From positions 10,540,001-10,604,000 of the forward strand of contig OX597825.1 of the NCBI GenBank assembly GCA_951406725.2: 64,000 nt of DNA, given 5' to 3'. Position 1 is the stretch's first letter. The number at the start of each line of letters is the position of its first letter. Under the pieces are notes generated by a model. It ran no database searches. It saw only the letters and a program-made list of their open reading frames with translations, and was not told the DNA's origin. Source of the stretch: Octopus vulgaris (Eukaryota). Shown here in pieces: positions 58,024 through 64,000 of the stretch. The position numbers and the translations under genes were made by a program.

Positions 58024-58705
58024 TTGTCCATGACTAATTTGTCGTTAAATAACAAATTTAATCTCAACAGGAATATAATTAACACGCTTGTCGTCTGCCC
58101 ACTTTGAATTGATTCGGGTGTAACTCAGAGTTCGGTTACCACTGCAAAACTCTTCCACCTGCGATTTAACGATATTCTCGTTGTTGCTTCAAACCACACA
58201 AAAACCTGTGTAGGGGTTAAATCCATTATTTTCCTTACCTTTCCAAAATAGGCTTGTTTTATCCACACACAACCTAGACACCTCACACCAGATCTAACTT
58301 GTTTCTTCTTTAAGAGACCTTAAATTGAAGGAATAACTCAATGGAAACATATTATCTCCATCAAACCTAAACAAGATACTCACAAAAGCATATAAAAGAG
58401 TCTTTATAATCACGAACACATCTACGCTATTAGAGAATTCTGCTTCAAAAATACGTAGATTTTTATGTGTTGCAACAGTGCGGCACCTTTTTTATAACAA
58501 ACTTGGGTAGTCAAAGTCTTCAGAGTGAAATATGGTACATGGAAACTATGTGGAAGCCTTTTGGAGAGATCGTTCCTAGTTTGGAGTGGTAGAATATTAA
58601 TTTGTCGTTAGTTTTAACACTATCAGGTGGTTCTGTAAAGGCTCGAGAGGCTGCTACTTATCTTCGCACTATAAGAATTTTTACATCGAAAAACCTTCAT
58701 CATCT

Positions 58706-58706
<1 letters not shown>

Positions 58707-58802
<96 letters not shown>

Positions 58803-59300
58803 AGAGGGAGAGAGAGGAGGGAGAGAGAGAGAAGAAGGAGAGAGAAAGAAGAGGGGGAGAGAGAGAAGAGGGAGAGAGAGAGCAGAGGGAGAGAGAGAAG
58901 AGAGAGAGAGAAGAGGGAGAGAGAAAGAAGAGGGAGAGAGAAAGAAAAGGGAGAGAGAAGAGGGAGAGAAAGAGAAAGAGAGAAGAGGAGGAGAGAGAAG
59001 AAAGAGAGAGAAGAAAGAGAGAGAAAAAAGAGGGAGAGAGAGAAGAGGGGAGAGAAAGAGAGAGAGAGAAGAGGGATAGAGAGAGAGTAGAGGGAGAGAA
59101 AGAGAGAGAGAAGATGGAGAGAGAGAGAAGAAGGAGAGAGAGAGAAGAGGGAGAGAAAGAGAGAGAAGAGGGAGAGAGAGAAAAGAGGGAGAGAGAGAGA
59201 AGAGGGGAGAGAAAGAAGAGGGAGAGAGAGAAGAGAGAGAGAAGAGGGAGAGGGAGAGGGAGAAAGAGAGAGAACAGGGAGAGAGAGAAAGAGGGAGGGT
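58707..59300. repeat. (AGAT)n followed by a ~500-bp polypurine GA-rich minisatellite
   Basis: Near-pure G/A strand with recurring GAGAGAGAAGAGG-like units. Confidence 0.95.
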
Positions 59301-59989
59301 GGTTGTGTGTGTGTGTGTGTGAAAGTATGCGTAATGAAAAAAATAATGATACGAAAATATAAAAAAAAATATATATATATAAAGTGAAAGGAGGAAAAGG
59401 GAAAAAGTGGGAATAAACAGAAATAAAACGTGATGAGAGAATTTCAAATTTACACTGGCAGATCGACATTTTGCCGTGAAGTGGGAATGCGCAGCCTAAG
59501 TTATCTCCGCGGTAATTATTCATCGCCCTGCATCACATCATAGGTTGTAGTGAGACCAAAGCTACACGATAACAGCACAGATAATGCCGTGTCAATAATA
59601 ATGTCTCCTATCAATCATACAAACTATACAACTTCTCCGAGTGTTTAATGCATCAAACATAATTTCTAGCGACATATCAGAACAGTAGGACTTAATAACA
59701 GCTAAGTGAGAAATGCTGTTGGCCTATTAGCTGCCTATATATATATGTATACCACAGCGTTAGAATCGAGTTGCCACTGCTGTGGCTACGATTGCCAAAA
59801 TGCGGCTGTGTTACACAATGTTATTCATGACTGAGAAAGCAGGAAACTAGCAGAAGCGTTAATACACAAAGGAAAAAATCTTTTGGCAGTATTTCATCCG
59901 TCTTTACGTTTTGAGTTCAAATTCCACTGAAACTCGCTTTGCCCTTTAATCCTTTCGTGGTCGATAAAATAAGTACCGGTTGAGCACTG

Positions 59990-60422
59990 GGATCTTTTCG
60001 GTTTGAACGGCAGTTTTTAACATAATTTCTAGGTAACTAAAAAAATTTTAAACTTCGTATACTGGTAGAATGTGTTTATAAAACATCTTTTTCTCTTGGC
60101 TTTATTGAGAAAATTCTATAGTTTGTAAGATATTTGTTGTTGTTTTTCTTCAATTTCTGCAATTTCAACCAATCAATGACGTCCATTGAAGTAAACAACA
60201 TTCTGTGCCGTATGAATATGTCCCACGTTTAAGAAACAGATTGGGTTTATTTACATTTCTATAGAAAAAAAAGATACCCTTCCCCCCACCCCTTCCCTAA
60301 CCCTAACTAATCCTAACCCTAAAACAGATTGAAATGCAATAGATCGATACTAGGGTCATAATTATGGGTGACAATTTCATATGACACCGCTAGAAAAACT
60401 GCCGTTCAAACCGAAAAGATCC
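59990..60422. mobile_element. MITE with perfect 29-bp TIRs and internal telomere-like CCCTAA repeats
   Basis: GGATCTTTTCGGTTTGAACGGCAGTTTTT..AAAAACTGCCGTTCAAACCGAAAAGATCC, with CCCTAACCCTAACTAATCCTAACCCTAA at ~60295-60322. Confidence 0.85.
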
Positions 60423-61737
60423 GCAGTGTTTCGTCCGTCTTTACGTTTTGAGTTCAAATTCCACTGAAATTCGCTTTGCCTTTTAATCCTTTCGGGGTCG
60501 ATAAAATAAGTACCAGTTGAGCACTGGGATTGATGTAATCGACTAAACCTCTCTTCCGAAATTGCTGGTCTTGTGCCAAAATGTGAAGAATAGGTGGCGA
60601 GCTGGCTAGATCGTTAGCACGCCGGGCAAAGGGCAAAATATTTAACGGCATTTTGTCTGTCTTTATGTCCAGATTTCAAATTTCACCGAGATCGATTTTA
60701 TCTTTCATAATTTCAAGGTCTATAAAATAAGTACCAGTTGAGTACTAGGGGCGATGCAATCGACTTACCTCCTCTCCCGAAATTACTGGCCTTGTGCCAA
60801 AAGTTGAAACCAATATTATTCATAACTAACAAAACAGCGCCGGGAAAAATCCTTAGCGGTATTTTGTCCCGTCTTTACGTTCTGAGTTCAAATTCCGTCG
60901 AGGTCGACTTTATCTTTCATCCTTTCGGGGTCGCTAAAATAAGTACCAATTGAATACTAGGGTTAACATAATCGATTTATCTCCTCCTCCGAAATTGCTG
61001 GCCAAAATTTTAAACCAACATTACTTATGGCTATCAATATTTTCCGCTTCACTGTATAAATTCTTCCAGTTCTTTTGGATAATTCCTGCTTTAGAAATAT
61101 TCACTAAATTGCTTTATCATTTTTTGTCTTTTTTTCTTTGTTTTTTGCTTTTCCCTCAAGCAGGTGGTGTCTAAGATAAATTTATTCGTTGAATATTTCT
61201 ACTTTTCTACACCTGATTGTCTACATTTTTGTATATTAACTTCGTGTGTCTCTAATCATTACTTTAGCAAATAACCATAAATTCTATTTGCCATTGATAA
61301 TGAAGCTGAAATATATACGAAGTTGTTTGTAAAAACACGTGCTCTAGTAGTTAGGGTGTTGCACTTACTTTCACATGACTGAGGTTTCGATTCCTGGACT
61401 GGGCGGTGCGTTGTGTTCTTGCGCAAAACACTTCATTTCATGTTACCTCAGTCTAACTCCGCTGTAAATGAATAACACTGGAAACGTGAAAAGCATGGAC
61501 GACCCCGACGAGATTTGAACTCAGATCTAAGAGAACCAGAGCGTATATGGCAAAGCATTTTATACAATGCTCTACTGAGCAGAACAATACCGAATCTGCC
61601 GCCAACTCACCATCTTTTACGAGTTTATTATTTCGTGAATAAAAAATATTTGGTGACAGAAACTGTAAAACACCAAAACTGAATAGCTTGGAACATGCAG
61701 TCTTGAGTTCTGTTCTCCTAAATTCAAATCCCAATGA

Positions 61738-61950
61738 AGGGGCTACACGCAAAGGGGACAAACAAGGAAAGACAAACGGATTAAGTTGATTATATCGACC
61801 CCAGTGAGTAACTGGCACTTATTTAATCGACTCCGAAAGTATGAAAGGCAAAGTCGACCTCGGAGGAATTTGAACTCAGAACGTAGTGGCAGACGAAACA
61901 CTACTAAGAATTTCGCCCGGCGTGCTAACGATTCTGCCAGCTCGCCGCCT
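61738..61950 (-). mobile_element. SINE family A
   Basis: Reverse copy with family core. Further decayed copies lie near 17898-18330, 49975-50375, 52630-52810 and 60423-61020. Confidence 0.8.
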
Positions 61951-63112
61951 TCCCCAATGAAGATCTATTCTGTCTACTCTTGCTCCAGGCAAGTGGGTTC
62001 TGGGGTAAAGACGTTATAGCCTAGTGGTTAGACTGTAGTACTCAACAGCTTAAAGTTCTAGGTTCGATTCCCTAACAGGGAAGTCACATCATTTCATTCC
62101 CGTTGTTTCAGTCTGCTCCAAGTGGAAACGAATCACACCTCATGTAGAGTGCAGATCATTAACCCCTCTTGCAGATCATTAACCCCCAAATCTTGAGCAA
62201 GCTATCAATAGGCCTTGACGGCTACATCCTCACACTAAATGGTGAAATACTGAAATACATTTACTTGACTTCAATTCATTCCTTCAAATTTCTGCTGATA
62301 ATCTAATAAATCGAAGGGTGGGGGTGAGAGCGGTTTCGTTGCAGAGGTTAAATGGCGGAAGTGGTAGAGAGAGAGAGACAGAGCATATCATGATATTTAA
62401 TACGTTGTAAGTTCAAATCCCAACGACGTCAACTTTGCCTTTTATTCTTCTGGAGCAGGTTCGATAAATTAGAATACTAGTCAAATACCGTTATTAATAT
62501 GGCTTCCATCCAATACTGTTATAGATCGATATATGAATGATTTCCAATGGGGCTTCATCTAATAACTGTAAATGTGATAGTGATGAAATACAGAAAGGGT
62601 GGAGCAACGGAAAACATCTTGTGTTATTATATTATACATCTACTTTCTAAGTTCATATTCCTTATTGATATTACTTTCTAAGTTGAAGCTCGAATTTTGG
62701 CCTTCCGGATGTCGACTAAATTAGAATCAATCAAATACTGTTATCGTTTTGATTGATTATATTAATTTTCATGACTACCACCACAAAAACAAATGTCGTA
62801 GCATTGTTAATGTATTTGTAATCCGTATTTGCTTCCATACCATCACAAGCTACCGCCACAATGCTCGGCATAATATTTTTATCCATTTCCTCGATGACAG
62901 TATAAAGCAAAAACTTATCCCTCCTGATATCGACTGTAATTCTCCCGAATGAAATCTGAAGCTATACGTATTTTAGAATTGTATTCTGCTTATTACAGGT
63001 TTAAACAACGGAAAGAAATCGAAGATACAAGTGAAATATTTAACATAACGAAACAATATTATGAAGCTCTATATATTTACGCATAGATAGATAGATAGAT
63101 AGATAGATAGAG

Positions 63113-63864
<752 letters not shown>

Positions 63865-64000
63865 TATATAATGTATTATGTACGTATACATGTATGTATG
63901 CATGCATGTATTTCTGTATGTGCGTATGAATGTTCGTATGCATGCATGTAATTATGTATGTATGTACGTATGTACGTATGTACGTATGTATTACGTACTT

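Noticed and set aside
58681-59523. 280-aa and 247-aa Ser/Leu-rich ORFs
   Set aside because: They are translations of the GA-rich tract and (AGAT)n.
60295-60322. CCCTAA repeats as an interstitial telomere
   Set aside because: There are only a few imperfect units and they are internal to a TIR element.

Overview
AT-rich, microsatellite-saturated animal DNA. The tRNA-type SINE families and repeat landscape fit an Octopus (coleoid cephalopod) genome, which is an inference from repeat style. No intact host protein-coding gene is recognisable, and almost all ORF-track entries are microsatellite or SINE read-throughs. The main content is a dense population of Penelope-like retroelements (PLEs) inserted in (TA)n tracts. 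These include a very young 2.7-kb insertion (13010-15744) with ~1025-bp near-identical inverted arms, an open GIY-YIG endonuclease frame and a full-core hammerhead ribozyme in each arm. There is also a decayed RT-bearing relative (~8020-10952), a second-lineage GIY-YIG remnant (33404-34043) and several solo 3'-end/pseudo-LTR fragments. Together they carry at least eight hammerhead motifs, including recurrent non-canonical cores (position-6 substitutions plus an extra A, U4C, and a compensatory A3-U8 pair) with palindromic stem III that suggests dimeric cleavage. Also present are many SINEs (some multimeric with a recurrent junction), MITEs (one three-level nest), RTE and R4/Dong-like LINE fragments, (TA)n-centred fold-back palindromes and a 2.2-kb variant (AAT)n array. 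All calls are by eye; no database search or folding program was run.
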